Notes: generated by a model from the sequence alone, not told the origin. 55,074 bases of DNA from Burkholderiales bacterium (GCA_947475815.1 CANJOT010000001.1:1-55074); one strand, 5' to 3'; shown: positions 39,877 through 49,303, numbered from the stretch's first letter. Program-made: numbers and translations.

Positions 39877-40857
39877 ATGAACCGTTTTCCCAAGCTGGCC
39901 GCGCTCGCAGCGGTCGCGACCTTACTGGCTGGTAGCAGCGCGCTGGCCCAGTCCTGGCAACCGAACCGGCCGGTCACGATTGTCGTGCCGACCAGTTCCT
40001 CGTCCGGTTCAGACATCATTGCGCGCGCCATGTCGCCGCGCCTGCAGGCCATCTGGAAACAGCCGGTGGTGGTCGACAACAAGCTCGGCGCGTCCGGCTC
40101 AATCGGTTTTGCCGCCGTGGCGCGCGCCGCGCCCGATGGTTACACCATCCTGTTCGGACCGAACACCATCACCATGCTGGGCTCGCTCTACAAAAACATC
40201 TCCTGGGATGCTGAGCAATCGTATGATCCCATCGCCCTGCTGGCGCGCACCACGCTGGCCTTCGTCGTCAATGCCGACGTACCGGCCAAAAACGTCAACG
40301 AATTCATCGCACTCGCCAAAAGCAAATCGGGCCAGCTGAATTACGTTACGCCGGGCATCGGCACGCCTCAGCATCTGGCGGGCGAACTGTTCAAACAGGT
40401 GGTGGGTGTGGACATCCTGCACGTGCCCTACAAGACTCTGGCGGCGGCCATTACCGACCTCGCCGGTGGTCGCGGACAGATGGGCGTGGTGGGTCTGTCG
40501 AGCGTGATCCCCATGGTCAAGGCTGGCAAGATCCGCGTGCTCGCCACCCACGGTGACCAGCGCGCCAACGCCACACCGGACGTGCCGACCTTCAAGGAAC
40601 TCGGTCTGGAAAAAGTCTCGGCTGACAGTTATCTGGTGGCCATGCTGCCCAAGGGCACGCCGCGTGACGTGGCTGACCGCATCGTGCGCGACATCCTTGC
40701 CGTCATGGCGCAGCCTGACTACCAGCAGGAACTGGTGCGCGCCGACCTGATCCCCAACACCACCGGTGGTGGTCCGCGCGAGCTGGCCAATACCATCAAG
40801 ACCGACGTCGCTCACTGGCGTCAGGTGGTCACGAACGGCAATATCAGCGGCGAGTAA
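39877..40857 (+). CDS. Bug-family (TctC-like) substrate-binding protein
   Basis: Signal peptide MNRFPKLAALAAVATLLAGSSALAQ and the Bug fold pattern. AGGAGA RBS. Confidence 0.85.
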   Translation: MNRFPKLAALAAVATLLAGSSALAQSWQPNRPVTIVVPTSSSSGSDIIARAMSPRLQAIWKQPVVVDNKLGASGSIGFAAVARAAPDGYTILFGPNTITMLGSLYKNISWDAEQSYDPIALLARTTLAFVVNADVPAKNVNEFIALAKSKSGQLNYVTPGIGTPQHLAGELFKQVVGVDILHVPYKTLAAAITDLAGGRGQMGVVGLSSVIPMVKAGKIRVLATHGDQRANATPDVPTFKELGLEKVSADSYLVAMLPKGTPRDVADRIVRDILAVMAQPDYQQELVRADLIPNTTGGGPRELANTIKTDVAHWRQVVTNGNISGE

Positions 40858-40876
40858 GCCAGCCTGACCGGCCGGC

Positions 40877-41590
40877 TCAGACCCCGAGATAACGCGTCAG
40901 CGCCTCGGGTGTGCCGGCCAGCGTGGCGGCGGTGTCGTGCAGCACCACGCGGCCCTTTTCCAGCACCACCGCCTGGTCGCTGTGTTTCAATACCGCGCGG
41001 TAGTTGCGGTCGACCACCAGGATGCTCATGCCGGCCGCGCGGATGCGCGCGATCACCTGCCAGATCTCGGCGACGATTTTCGGCGCCAGGCCTTCGGTCG
41101 CTTCGTCGAGAATCAGCAGGTCGGGATTGGTCAGCAGGGCGCGGCCGATGGCCAGCATCTGCTGTTCACCGCCAGAAAGCTGCTGGCCGCCATGTCCGAG
41201 GCGCTCGGTCAGGCGCGGAAAAATCTCCAGCACGGCATCCCAGGTCCAGTCGCGCTGGCCCGAGGCACTGGCGCGCGCGCTCATGAGCAGGTTTTCACGC
41301 ACCGACAGATTCGGGAAAATGCCACGCCCCTCCGGCACATACGCCAGCCCGAGTCGTACCAGCCGCTCCGGTGGCCAGCCGCTGACATCGCGGCCGCGCC
41401 AGAATACGCTGCCCGAGCGGGCCGGCACGAACCCCAGCAGAGAACGGATCAGCGTAGTTTTGCCCATGCCGTTGCGGCCGAGCAGACCCACCGTCTGGCC
41501 GCAGGGGATCGTCAGATCGACGTCGTGCAGGATATGGCTGTCGCCATACGAGGTGTTGAGCGCCGTCACCTGCAGCAGGGGTTCAGTCAT
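40877..41590 (-). CDS. Branched-chain-amino-acid-type ABC transporter ATP-binding protein (LivF-like)
   Basis: Walker A GRNGMGKTT, signature LSGGEQQML, Walker B LLILDE. Start overlaps the upstream stop by 8 nt. Confidence 0.85.
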   Translation of the reverse strand: MTEPLLQVTALNTSYGDSHILHDVDLTIPCGQTVGLLGRNGMGKTTLIRSLLGFVPARSGSVFWRGRDVSGWPPERLVRLGLAYVPEGRGIFPNLSVRENLLMSARASASGQRDWTWDAVLEIFPRLTERLGHGGQQLSGGEQQMLAIGRALLTNPDLLILDEATEGLAPKIVAEIWQVIARIRAAGMSILVVDRNYRAVLKHSDQAVVLEKGRVVLHDTAATLAGTPEALTRYLGV

Positions 41591-42380
41591 GAACACCCTC
41601 GCCCAAATACGCATGCTGCACCTGCGCGTTGACGCGGATCGCCCCCGGCGTGTCGCTCGCAATGACCGCACCGTTGACCATCACGGTGATGATATCGGCG
41701 ACCCGGAACACGGCGTCCATGTCGTGCTCGACCAGCAAAATGGCATGGCCCGGCTTGAGGTTTTCAAGCAGGCTGAGCAAACGCTCGCTTTCTTCCTGAC
41801 CCATGCCTGCCAGCGGTTCATCGAGCAGCAGCACGCGGGGTTCGGTCGCCAAACACATGGCGATTTCAAGCTGGCGTTTCTCGCCGTGGCTCATGCTGCC
41901 GGCGAGGCGTTGTGCGGCATCGGCCAGCCCGGTGGCCGCGAGGGCGGCATGGGCCCGCTCCAGGCTGGCTTTGCAGTTGCGCGCCGCTTCAAAAAAACGC
42001 CAGGCGCCGGGCCGGGCGGCCTGCGCGCACAGGCGGCAATTTTCCAGCACCGTGAATTCGGGGAAGATGGTGGTGCGCTGATAACTGCGGCCGATGCCGG
42101 CGTGTGCGCGCCGCGCCTGCGGCCAGTTGCTGATCTCATGACCGTCAAGCAGCATGCTGCCGTTCGTGCAGGGCAGCTCGCCGGACAGCAGATTGATGAC
42201 GGTCGACTTGCCTGCACCATTGGTGCCGATCAGGGCGTGCAGCTCTCCCACGCGCAGGGCGAGGCTGACGTGGTCCACGGCGATCAGGCCGCCAAAACGG
42301 CGCGTCAGGTCACGCGCCTCCAGTACCGCGTTGTCAGTGACCAGGGTCGCCTCCCGCGGATTGGCGCCGGCCCAGACCAA
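41583..42380 (-). CDS. Branched-chain-amino-acid-type ABC transporter ATP-binding protein (LivG-like)
   Basis: GTNGAGKST, MSHGEKRQLEIA and LLLLDEP. Start uncertain: TTG at 42380 overlaps the permease gene by 47 nt. Confidence 0.85.
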   Translation of the reverse strand: MVWAGANPREATLVTDNAVLEARDLTRRFGGLIAVDHVSLALRVGELHALIGTNGAGKSTVINLLSGELPCTNGSMLLDGHEISNWPQARRAHAGIGRSYQRTTIFPEFTVLENCRLCAQAARPGAWRFFEAARNCKASLERAHAALAATGLADAAQRLAGSMSHGEKRQLEIAMCLATEPRVLLLDEPLAGMGQEESERLLSLLENLKPGHAILLVEHDMDAVFRVADIITVMVNGAVIASDTPGAIRVNAQVQHAYLGEGVHD

Positions 42381-43314
42381 TCAGGCCCTTGGGCAGCGCT
42401 GCCACGAAGGCGATCATGCTCAGTCCCACCCACAGCTGCCAGACCTGCGCGGCCGGACCGAACAGGGCCTCGTTGGAAAACAGTTCCTGCAGCAGGATGA
42501 ACGCGGCAGCACCGAGCACCGCGCCCGGCAGGCTGCCCAGGCCACCCAGAATGATCATCAGCAACACGCCGCCCGACTGGTGCCAGGACAACAGTTCCGG
42601 ATTGACCGCGCCGTTGCGCGTGGCCATCAGGAAACCGGCCAGCCCGGCCAGCATGGCGGCGATCACGAAGGAGGCCAGCTTGTACCAGTAGGTATTGAAT
42701 CCGGCGGCGCGCATGCGCTGTTCGTTGACGCGGATACCGGCCAGCGCGTGGCCAAAGCGCGAGCGTTCGAGCAGTGCCAGCAACAGCCAGCTGAACAGCA
42801 GGCAGGTGATGCAGAACCAGTAGAGCTGGCGGCTCTGATCGAGATCCAGCAGGGTCACCCCACCGAGCGTCAGCACGGCGCGCAGGTTCAGAAAGATGCC
42901 ATCGCTGCCGCCGCCCAGCGGCGTGTCGTGAATCACAAAAAACGCCATCTGTGCAAACGCCAGCGTGACCATGATGAAATACACGCCCTTGGTGCGCAGC
43001 GACAGCAGGCCAACGAACAGCGCGTAGGCCGCTGCGCCGCCAATCGCCAGGGGCAGGATCCACCACAGCCCGGCCTGTTCGGCGGCCGGCGCGGCCTGCA
43101 CCGTGATGTAGGCCGCGATGCCAAAAAACGCGGCATGGCCAAAACTCACCAGCCCGGTGAAACCCACCAGCAGCTGCAGGCTGAGCGCGAAGATGGCGTA
43201 GATGACGATCTTGACGATCAGGTCGTGCACGTAAGGCGAAACGACGCCGGGCAGCGCCGCCAGCAGCAGACACAGGGCCAGGGGCGCGAGCCAAAAAGGG
43301 GCTTTAAGCGTCAT
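42334..43314 (-). CDS. ABC transporter permease (LivM-like)
   Basis: Multi-TM hydrophobic protein. The ATG at 43314 overlaps the LivH-like stop by 1 nt (TGATGA). Confidence 0.85.
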   Translation of the reverse strand: MTLKAPFWLAPLALCLLLAALPGVVSPYVHDLIVKIVIYAIFALSLQLLVGFTGLVSFGHAAFFGIAAYITVQAAPAAEQAGLWWILPLAIGGAAAYALFVGLLSLRTKGVYFIMVTLAFAQMAFFVIHDTPLGGGSDGIFLNLRAVLTLGGVTLLDLDQSRQLYWFCITCLLFSWLLLALLERSRFGHALAGIRVNEQRMRAAGFNTYWYKLASFVIAAMLAGLAGFLMATRNGAVNPELLSWHQSGGVLLMIILGGLGSLPGAVLGAAAFILLQELFSNEALFGPAAQVWQLWVGLSMIAFVAALPKGLIGLGRRQSAGGDPGH

Positions 43315-44192
43315 CAAAAACTCTTGCCCTTGAGGCCTTCGGGCTTCCACACCAGGATGATGGCCATGAGCAGATAGACCGACAGGCCGCTGTACTGCGC
43401 GAACAGCACCTTGCCGAAGGTATCGACAAACCCGACCAGCAGCGAGGCCAGCAGCGCGCCCGAAATCGAGCCAATGCCGCCGATCACCACCACCACGAAA
43501 CAGATGATCAGGATCTGGTTGCCCATGCCCGGGTAGACCGAGGTGGCGGGCGCGGCGATCATGCCGGCCAGCGCCGCCAGCGCCACGCCGCCGGCAAATA
43601 CCACGCGGTAGAGCAGGCGGATGTTGATGCCCAGTCCGCGTGTCATGTCGCGGTTGCTGGCGCCGGCGCGGATCATCATGCCCAGGCGCGTGTGGTTGAT
43701 CACCATGTACAGCGCGGCGGCCACCACCAGGCAGGCGGCCGAGGCGAACAGGTTGTAGACCGGGTAGGTCATCAGATCACCCAGCGCGAACGTGCCCGAG
43801 AGCCACTCCGGCGTCTTGATGCCGTGCACGTCGTTGCCGATCAGCAGGCTGCGGCATTCTTCGAACACGAGGATGAGGGAATAGGTCATGAGCACCTGCT
43901 GCAGGTGATCACGTTTGTAGAGATAACTGAAAAACAGCCATTCCAGCACGAAGCCGAACAGTGCCGCCAGCAGCACGCCGCACAGCAGTTGCAGCACGAA
44001 CTGGTCACCAAACCAGGGCGCCAGCGAGAATGCCAGATAGGCGCCCATCATGTAAAAACTGCCATGGGCGAGATTGATCACGCCCATGATGCCGAAAATC
44101 AGCGTCAGGCCACTGGCCACCAGAAACAGCAGCAAGCCGTATTGCACGGCATTGAGGCATTGCACCGCAAAGGTGGTCAGGTCCATCGACAT
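43314..44192 (-). CDS. ABC transporter permease (LivH-like)
   Basis: 292-aa polytopic protein with the LivH-type pattern (GVINLAHGSFYMMGAY). Confidence 0.85.
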   Translation of the reverse strand: MSMDLTTFAVQCLNAVQYGLLLFLVASGLTLIFGIMGVINLAHGSFYMMGAYLAFSLAPWFGDQFVLQLLCGVLLAALFGFVLEWLFFSYLYKRDHLQQVLMTYSLILVFEECRSLLIGNDVHGIKTPEWLSGTFALGDLMTYPVYNLFASAACLVVAAALYMVINHTRLGMMIRAGASNRDMTRGLGINIRLLYRVVFAGGVALAALAGMIAAPATSVYPGMGNQILIICFVVVVIGGIGSISGALLASLLVGFVDTFGKVLFAQYSGLSVYLLMAIILVWKPEGLKGKSF

Positions 44193-44237
44193 CTTCTCAA
44201 ACGCCCGGGCCGGGCGCGCGGCCTGGCCCGGTCCTGC

Positions 44238-45407
44238 TTACATCTTGCAGCCGACGCCCGGATCCGGCAGCGCCTTGACGGCAATGCCCTTGTACTCGTT
44301 CAGATTGCCCTTGGCGACGCGCAAATACATGTCCTGCACCGGATTATGGGCTTTCGAGAGTTTGAACTTGCCACGCGGGCTGTCGACCGTCATGGTGCTG
44401 ATGCCGGCCACGATCTTGTCCATTGCCTTGATGTTGCCGCCCGCAGCCTTGAGGCCGGCCGACAGCATCTGCGCTGCATCGTAACCCTGCACGGCGTAAA
44501 CGTCGGCGTTGGTTTTGTAGGCCTTGGCAAACGCCAGACGGAAGGCGTTGTCGCGCGGCGTGTTGAGGTTGTCGGCGTAATGCAGGGTGGTCACTATGCC
44601 TTGCGCGGCGGCGCCCTGCGCCTCGAGCGTGCCGTCGGTGAGAAAGCCCGGGCCGTACAGCGGAATGGTTTTGTTCAGGCCGGCCGCGACGTAATCCTTG
44701 ACGAACTTGACCGCGCCAGCGCCGGCAAAAAAGGCGTATACGGCATCCGGTTTCTGCGCCGCGATCTGCGTGAGCAGTGCCTGGAACTCAACCTGCGGGA
44801 AGGGCAGCAGCAGATCCTGCGTCACCTTGCCGCCGCCTTTTTCAAAGCCGTCCTTGAAGCCCTTGGCCGACTCGGTGCCAGCGGCGTAATTCCAGGTGAT
44901 GGTCATGGCCTTCTTGTGGCGGCGCTCGCCGGCCACTTTGCCCATGGCGTAAGCCGGCTGCCAGTTGGAGAATGAGCTGCGGAAAATGTTCTTGGCGCAC
45001 ATCGGCCCGGTGATGGCATCGGCGCCGGCGTTCGGGATGATGAGCAGCGTGCCAGTGTCCTTGGCGACCTTGGCCATGCTCAGGGCCACGCCCGAATGCA
45101 CGGTGCCGACCAGCACGTCGACCTGGTCGCGCTTGATGAGCTTGTTGACGTTGTCGGTGGCCTTGGACGGCTCCGATTCATCGTCCACCTTGAAGTACTG
45201 CAACTCCCGCCCGGCGAGCTTGCCGCCCTGTTCGGCGACAAACAGTTTGAAGCCGTCTTCGATCATGCTGCCCAGGCTGGCATAGGTGCCCGAATAGGGC
45301 AGCATGAAGCCAATCTTGATCGGTGCATTCTGCGCGCTGGCGCCGGCGGCGAAGCTCAATGCCGCCGCGGCGGCGGCGAGTTTCAGGATGTTCAACTGGG
45401 CGTGCAT
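44238..45407 (-). CDS. ABC transporter periplasmic substrate-binding protein (LivK-type; likely an aromatic acid/benzoate-related ligand)
   Basis: Signal peptide MHAQLNILKLAAAAAALSFAAGASAQ then IKIGFMLPYSGTYA. AAGGAGA RBS. The long ORF-track N-terminus is rejected. Confidence 0.85.
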   Translation of the reverse strand: MHAQLNILKLAAAAAALSFAAGASAQNAPIKIGFMLPYSGTYASLGSMIEDGFKLFVAEQGGKLAGRELQYFKVDDESEPSKATDNVNKLIKRDQVDVLVGTVHSGVALSMAKVAKDTGTLLIIPNAGADAITGPMCAKNIFRSSFSNWQPAYAMGKVAGERRHKKAMTITWNYAAGTESAKGFKDGFEKGGGKVTQDLLLPFPQVEFQALLTQIAAQKPDAVYAFFAGAGAVKFVKDYVAAGLNKTIPLYGPGFLTDGTLEAQGAAAQGIVTTLHYADNLNTPRDNAFRLAFAKAYKTNADVYAVQGYDAAQMLSAGLKAAGGNIKAMDKIVAGISTMTVDSPRGKFKLSKAHNPVQDMYLRVAKGNLNEYKGIAVKALPDPGVGCKM

Positions 45408-45459
45408 AACGTCTCCTTGGTTAGTCGTTCGGGGCGTTGCAAAACAACAGGCTGCGGTG

Positions 45460-46296
45460 TCAGTTCGTCCGGCTTCCGGGTGGGCGTTTGCCGGATTCAA
45501 AAAAGGCGCCGGCATGCCGGCATAATTCGTCTTCCTGATCGCGGTGCGGCGAATGCCCGCATTGCGGCAACACCAGCAACTGCGTTGCTGGCAGGGCCCG
45601 CGCAATGCCGCGGATCTGCGCCAGCGTGCCATATTCGTCGTCTTCGCCCTGAACAGCAAGCACCGGACAAACGATCTGGGGCAATTCGGCTTCGATGTTC
45701 CAGACGGCAAAAGCAGGATCGAGCCAGACATCGTTCCAGCCCCAGAAGGCTGAATCAGGATCGGCATGATACCGCGCCAGACGCTGTTTCAGGCTGCTGG
45801 AGCGGTAAATATCGCGGGTTGCGCGGATGCTCGCAATCGAGACCTCTTCCACAAAAATGTGCGGCGCGGCGACGATCAGGCCGCCGACTGCCCGGGGATG
45901 GCGGGCCGCATACAGCAGCGCGATCGAGCCGCCGTCGCTGTGGCCATAAAACCACGGCAGCGGGTCCGCAGCCGGCAGGCCGACGGCGTCGAAAAACAGC
46001 GGCAGCACTTCGCCGGCCTGGTCGTGCATGAAGTGCACCGGCCAGCGCTCATCGGCCGCACGCGCCGTCGACTGGCCGTAACCGGGTCGTGAAAACACCA
46101 GGCCGCGGCAGCCGAGCCGCCGGCAGAACTGTTCGGGAAAGTCTTTCCACATCGACAGCGAGCCGAGGCCTTCGTGCAGGAACACCATCACCGGCACGCC
46201 GGGGTGTTGTTCGCCTACCCACTGGTATTCGATGGTGATGGGCCGCTCGCGCCAGCGCAGGCTGGCAAAGCGGATGCCCTTGTCGCAGGATTGCAT
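45460..46296 (-). CDS. Alpha/beta-fold hydrolase (function in the box cluster unknown)
   Basis: FLHEGLGS oxyanion region and GHSDGG nucleophile elbow. Lies 9 nt downstream of bclA. Confidence 0.75.
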   Translation of the reverse strand: MQSCDKGIRFASLRWRERPITIEYQWVGEQHPGVPVMVFLHEGLGSLSMWKDFPEQFCRRLGCRGLVFSRPGYGQSTARAADERWPVHFMHDQAGEVLPLFFDAVGLPAADPLPWFYGHSDGGSIALLYAARHPRAVGGLIVAAPHIFVEEVSIASIRATRDIYRSSSLKQRLARYHADPDSAFWGWNDVWLDPAFAVWNIEAELPQIVCPVLAVQGEDDEYGTLAQIRGIARALPATQLLVLPQCGHSPHRDQEDELCRHAGAFFESGKRPPGSRTN

Positions 46297-46305
46297 TGTC
46301 GCCAG

Positions 46306-47925
46306 TCAATCGGTCTGGTGCAGGGCGCGCAGCTTGAAGCGCTGGATTTTGCCGGTGGCCGTTTTCGGCAGTTCACTCACGAAGGTAATTTCGCGCGGGT
46401 ATTTGTGCGGCGCGAGTTTGCCCTTGACGAATTTTTTCAGCTCGGCGTCGAGCGCCTGCTGGTCGTTCTGTTCGTGTTGGCCGGGCTTGAGCACGATGTA
46501 CGCATGCGTGCGTGTCAGGCCCTGGCCATCGATGGTGCCGATGACGGCGCATTCGAGTACGGCGCTGTGGTCCATCAGGGCGGATTCCACTTCAATGGGC
46601 GAGACGTACTGACCGCTCACCTTGAGCATGTCGTCGCTGCGCCCCGAGTAAGTGTAATACCCGTCGGTATCAACCACATACTTGTCACCGCTCTTGACCC
46701 AGTGACCCTGAAAGGTGGTGCGCGTCTTGTCGCGGCTGGTCCAGTAGAGCAGGGCCGCGCTCGGTCCCTGAATGTATAGGTCGCCGATGTCACCCACGGC
46801 GGCCGGCTTGCCGTGTTCATCACGAATCTCGATTTCATAACCGGGCACCGGCTTGCCGCTGCTGCCGTAACGCACCTCGCCGGGCCGGTTGGAAATGAAG
46901 ATGTGCAGCATCTCGGTCGAGCCGATGCCGTCGAGGATTTCACAATGGAAATGTTCCGTAAAGCGCTTGCCGACCGATTCTGGCAGGGCCTCGCCGGCCG
47001 AGGTGCAGAGGCGCAGAGCCACCGCTTCGGCGGCCGGCAGTTCGGGCGAGGCCAGCATGCCGGCATACAAGGTCGGCACACCGTAAAAAATGGTCGGGCG
47101 ATGTTTGACCAGTCGGTCGAACACGGCATGCGGCGTCGGGCGCTCGGCCATCAGAATGGTGGTGGCGCCGACCGACAGCGGAAAGGTGAAACCATTGCCC
47201 AGGCCGTAGGCAAAAAACAGCTTGGCCGCCGAAAAGACGATGTCGGTTTCTTCGATGCCCAGTACTGGCCGGGCATACAGCGCGGCGGTCCAGTAGAGGT
47301 TGGCGTGGCTGTGCACCGTGCCCTTGGGGCGGCCGGTGGAACCGGACGAATACAGCCAGAACGCAAACTGGTCGGCATGGGTGCGTGCCCAGGCGTTTTG
47401 CGGCAGCGGGCCGGTCTGCAGCAGGCTGGCGAACGGCAGGCCGCCGCGCGCCTGGGGCTTGAGGTGATCCGAGACGATGATGTGCGGCATCTTCGGCGCG
47501 TGCCCGTGGGTATGGCGGGCGTGCTCGTGGGCGCGCTGGATCGCTTCGGCGACGTTTTCGGACATCAGGCTCGACATGACCACCGCGCGCGCCTGGCAAT
47601 GGTCGATCATGTAAAGAATGTCGTCCATTGGCAGCAGCGGGTTGATCGGTACCGGCACGATACCGGCCAGTAGCGCACCGAGCAGCGCAACCGGCATTTC
47701 GGTGGTGTCGGCCATCGACAGCAGGATGCGTTCTTCGGGCCGGATGTCGAGCGCCAGCAGGGCGGCGGCAAAGCGCCGCGTTTCATCGTCGAGCTCGCCG
47801 TAGCTCATGCGCCGCCAGTCATCGATGTAAGCGAGCTTGTCGTGACGGTGACGGTTGAGTTCGAGCACGTGGTGCGCGAAATTGAAAACGTCGGGCAGGC
47901 CAGGGATGGCCATCGGGATGCTCAT
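46306..47925 (-). CDS. bclA: Benzoate--CoA ligase
   Basis: AMP-binding motif LYSSGSTGRPKGTVH. The N-terminus NFAHHVLELNRHRHDKLAYIDD and the box-cluster context support the call. GGAGA RBS before the ATG at 47925. The 829-aa ORF-track frame is an artefactual extension. Confidence 0.85.
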   Translation of the reverse strand: MSIPMAIPGLPDVFNFAHHVLELNRHRHDKLAYIDDWRRMSYGELDDETRRFAAALLALDIRPEERILLSMADTTEMPVALLGALLAGIVPVPINPLLPMDDILYMIDHCQARAVVMSSLMSENVAEAIQRAHEHARHTHGHAPKMPHIIVSDHLKPQARGGLPFASLLQTGPLPQNAWARTHADQFAFWLYSSGSTGRPKGTVHSHANLYWTAALYARPVLGIEETDIVFSAAKLFFAYGLGNGFTFPLSVGATTILMAERPTPHAVFDRLVKHRPTIFYGVPTLYAGMLASPELPAAEAVALRLCTSAGEALPESVGKRFTEHFHCEILDGIGSTEMLHIFISNRPGEVRYGSSGKPVPGYEIEIRDEHGKPAAVGDIGDLYIQGPSAALLYWTSRDKTRTTFQGHWVKSGDKYVVDTDGYYTYSGRSDDMLKVSGQYVSPIEVESALMDHSAVLECAVIGTIDGQGLTRTHAYIVLKPGQHEQNDQQALDAELKKFVKGKLAPHKYPREITFVSELPKTATGKIQRFKLRALHQTD

Positions 47926-48074
47926 GCAAGTCTCCGTGCTCGTAGGCGGCAGGCCTTGATTGTAACCGTCTGGCCGGCCCGCTCGGGCGACCAGACACGT
48001 GCTGACCTGCTCCGCAGCGCGAGGGTTTTGTCGCCCGTTGTGCCAGCGGTGCCGACGATGCCTGCACGGCCCTG

Positions 48075-48091
48075 TTGCAGCAGATGCAATA
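48075..48091. promoter_or_regulatory. TTGCA-N5-TGCAA palindrome containing a third ATGCAATA copy (possible auxiliary BoxR site upstream of bclA)
   Basis: Read directly: TTGCA at 48075-48079, TGCAA at 48085-48089, ATGCAATA at 48084-48091. Confidence 0.3.
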
Positions 48092-48168
48092 CCAGCGCAC
48101 GGCGCATGGGCATGGTGCGGCCCGGCCAGAACCTGCAGGACGACCCGATCGACGGAAGTGCCGTGTTT

Positions 48169-48201
48169 ATATTGCATGGGGGTGCGAGGGTGATGCAATA
48201 T
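48169..48201. promoter_or_regulatory. Perfect 9-bp inverted repeat ATATTGCAT-N15-ATGCAATAT, candidate BoxR operator in the bclA/boxR divergent region
   Basis: Arms at 48169-48177 and 48193-48201 are exact reverse complements. TGCA cores lie 21 bp apart. A TATAAT hexamer lies at 48230-48235. Confidence 0.45.
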
Positions 48202-48265
48202 TTTGCGTGCGCCGCGGCAGGTCTTTCCGTATAATTGTGCCTTTCGAGCCGCTCCATGTGCTGCC

Positions 48266-49174
48266 ATGCGTGATTTGTCCGAGCTGTCCAAGGCGTCCCG
48301 CGACCCCTTCCTGTGTGCCTTTGGCGAGCGCGTCAGGGTGTTGCGCTCGCGCCGTGGCCTGACGCGCAAGGCGCTGGCACGGCTGGCCGGTGTCTCGGAG
48401 CGGCATCTGGCCAATGTCGAGTCGGGCGTGGGCAATGCCTCGATCCAGTTTCTGCGCCAGCTCACCACCGTACTCAACTGTTCGCTGGCCGAGATGATCG
48501 GCGATGAAACCGCTTCTTCTCCCGAATGGCTCATGATCCGGGAAGTGCTGCGCGGCCGTTCCGAGGCCGAGCTGGCGCAGGCCCGTGCCGCCCTGACCGG
48601 TGTGTTTGCCGCGCCCATCAGCGAGTTCGCCCGGTGCCAGCGGCTGGCGCTCATCGGCCTGCGCGGCGCCGGCAAGTCGACCCTCGGACAGTTGCTGGCC
48701 GACCACTGGAAAGTGCCCTTCATCGAGCTCAACCGCCATATCGAAACCGTGGCCGGCTGCAGTGTCGCCGAAATCCACGACCTGTATGGGCCCAATGCCT
48801 ACCGTCGCTATGAATACCGCGCCCTCGAGGACGTCATTCGCCGTTATCCGCGCTGTGTCATTGCCACGCCGGGTGGGCTGGTGTCCGATCCGGCCAGCTT
48901 CAATCTGCTGCTGTCGCACTGCTACACCGTCTGGCTCAAGGCGGCTCCCGAGGAACACATGATGCGTGTGGTTGCGCAGGGAGACACCCGGCCGATGCTC
49001 GGCAATCGTGAAGCCATGGACGATCTCAAGGGTATCCTCGAGAGCCGCGCCAAGTTTTACTCCAAGGCAGACCGTATTTTTGACACCAGCGAGCGCACCC
49101 AGGAATCGGCCATCAAGGGCCTGATCGATGAACTCGGCGATGTGATCTTCAGTGGGCAGCGCGCTTCGTTCTGA
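48266..49174 (+). CDS. boxR: BoxR/BzdR-type regulator (XRE HTH domain fused to a shikimate-kinase-like domain)
   Basis: HTH LTRKALARLAGVSERHLANVESG plus P-loop GLRGAGKST and a shikimate-kinase-like C-terminal half. Lies upstream of boxCBA. Confidence 0.8.
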   Translation: MRDLSELSKASRDPFLCAFGERVRVLRSRRGLTRKALARLAGVSERHLANVESGVGNASIQFLRQLTTVLNCSLAEMIGDETASSPEWLMIREVLRGRSEAELAQARAALTGVFAAPISEFARCQRLALIGLRGAGKSTLGQLLADHWKVPFIELNRHIETVAGCSVAEIHDLYGPNAYRRYEYRALEDVIRRYPRCVIATPGGLVSDPASFNLLLSHCYTVWLKAAPEEHMMRVVAQGDTRPMLGNREAMDDLKGILESRAKFYSKADRIFDTSERTQESAIKGLIDELGDVIFSGQRASF

Positions 49175-49211
49175 TTTCAGCGCGTTCAGGCGCTTCTGTG
49201 CATCCTTCTGC

Positions 49212-49240
49212 TTGACGTGCCATTTTTCATGCAATATAGT
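49212..49240 (+). promoter_or_regulatory. Candidate sigma70 promoter of boxCBA: TTGACG-17 nt-TATAGT, overlapped by an ATGCAATATA operator-like motif (49229-49238)
   Basis: Hexamers and the 17-nt spacer were counted directly. Lies 38 nt after the boxR stop and 64 nt before the boxC ATG. Confidence 0.5.
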
Positions 49241-49303
49241 TCATGAGAAGTGCGAACGGCGCTTTGTTGCCTGCCGTTTGCCTTGCTCCAAGAGCACGAA
49301 CCC

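Noticed and set aside
47959-47964. TACAAT hexamer (minus strand) 34 nt upstream of bclA, considered as its -10.
   Set aside because: No acceptable -35 lies at 16-18-nt spacing. The hexamer alone gives too little evidence to call a promoter.
46306-48795. 829-aa ORF-track frame suggesting a giant ligase fusion. Analogous long N-terminal extensions occur at 44238-45767, 19057-20304, 12781-13647, 36635-38083, 8019-8831 and 15824-16588.
   Set aside because: Family homology begins at internal start codons preceded by Shine-Dalgarno sequences. The upstream parts run through intergenic or promoter DNA or neighbouring genes and look like random GC-rich translation.
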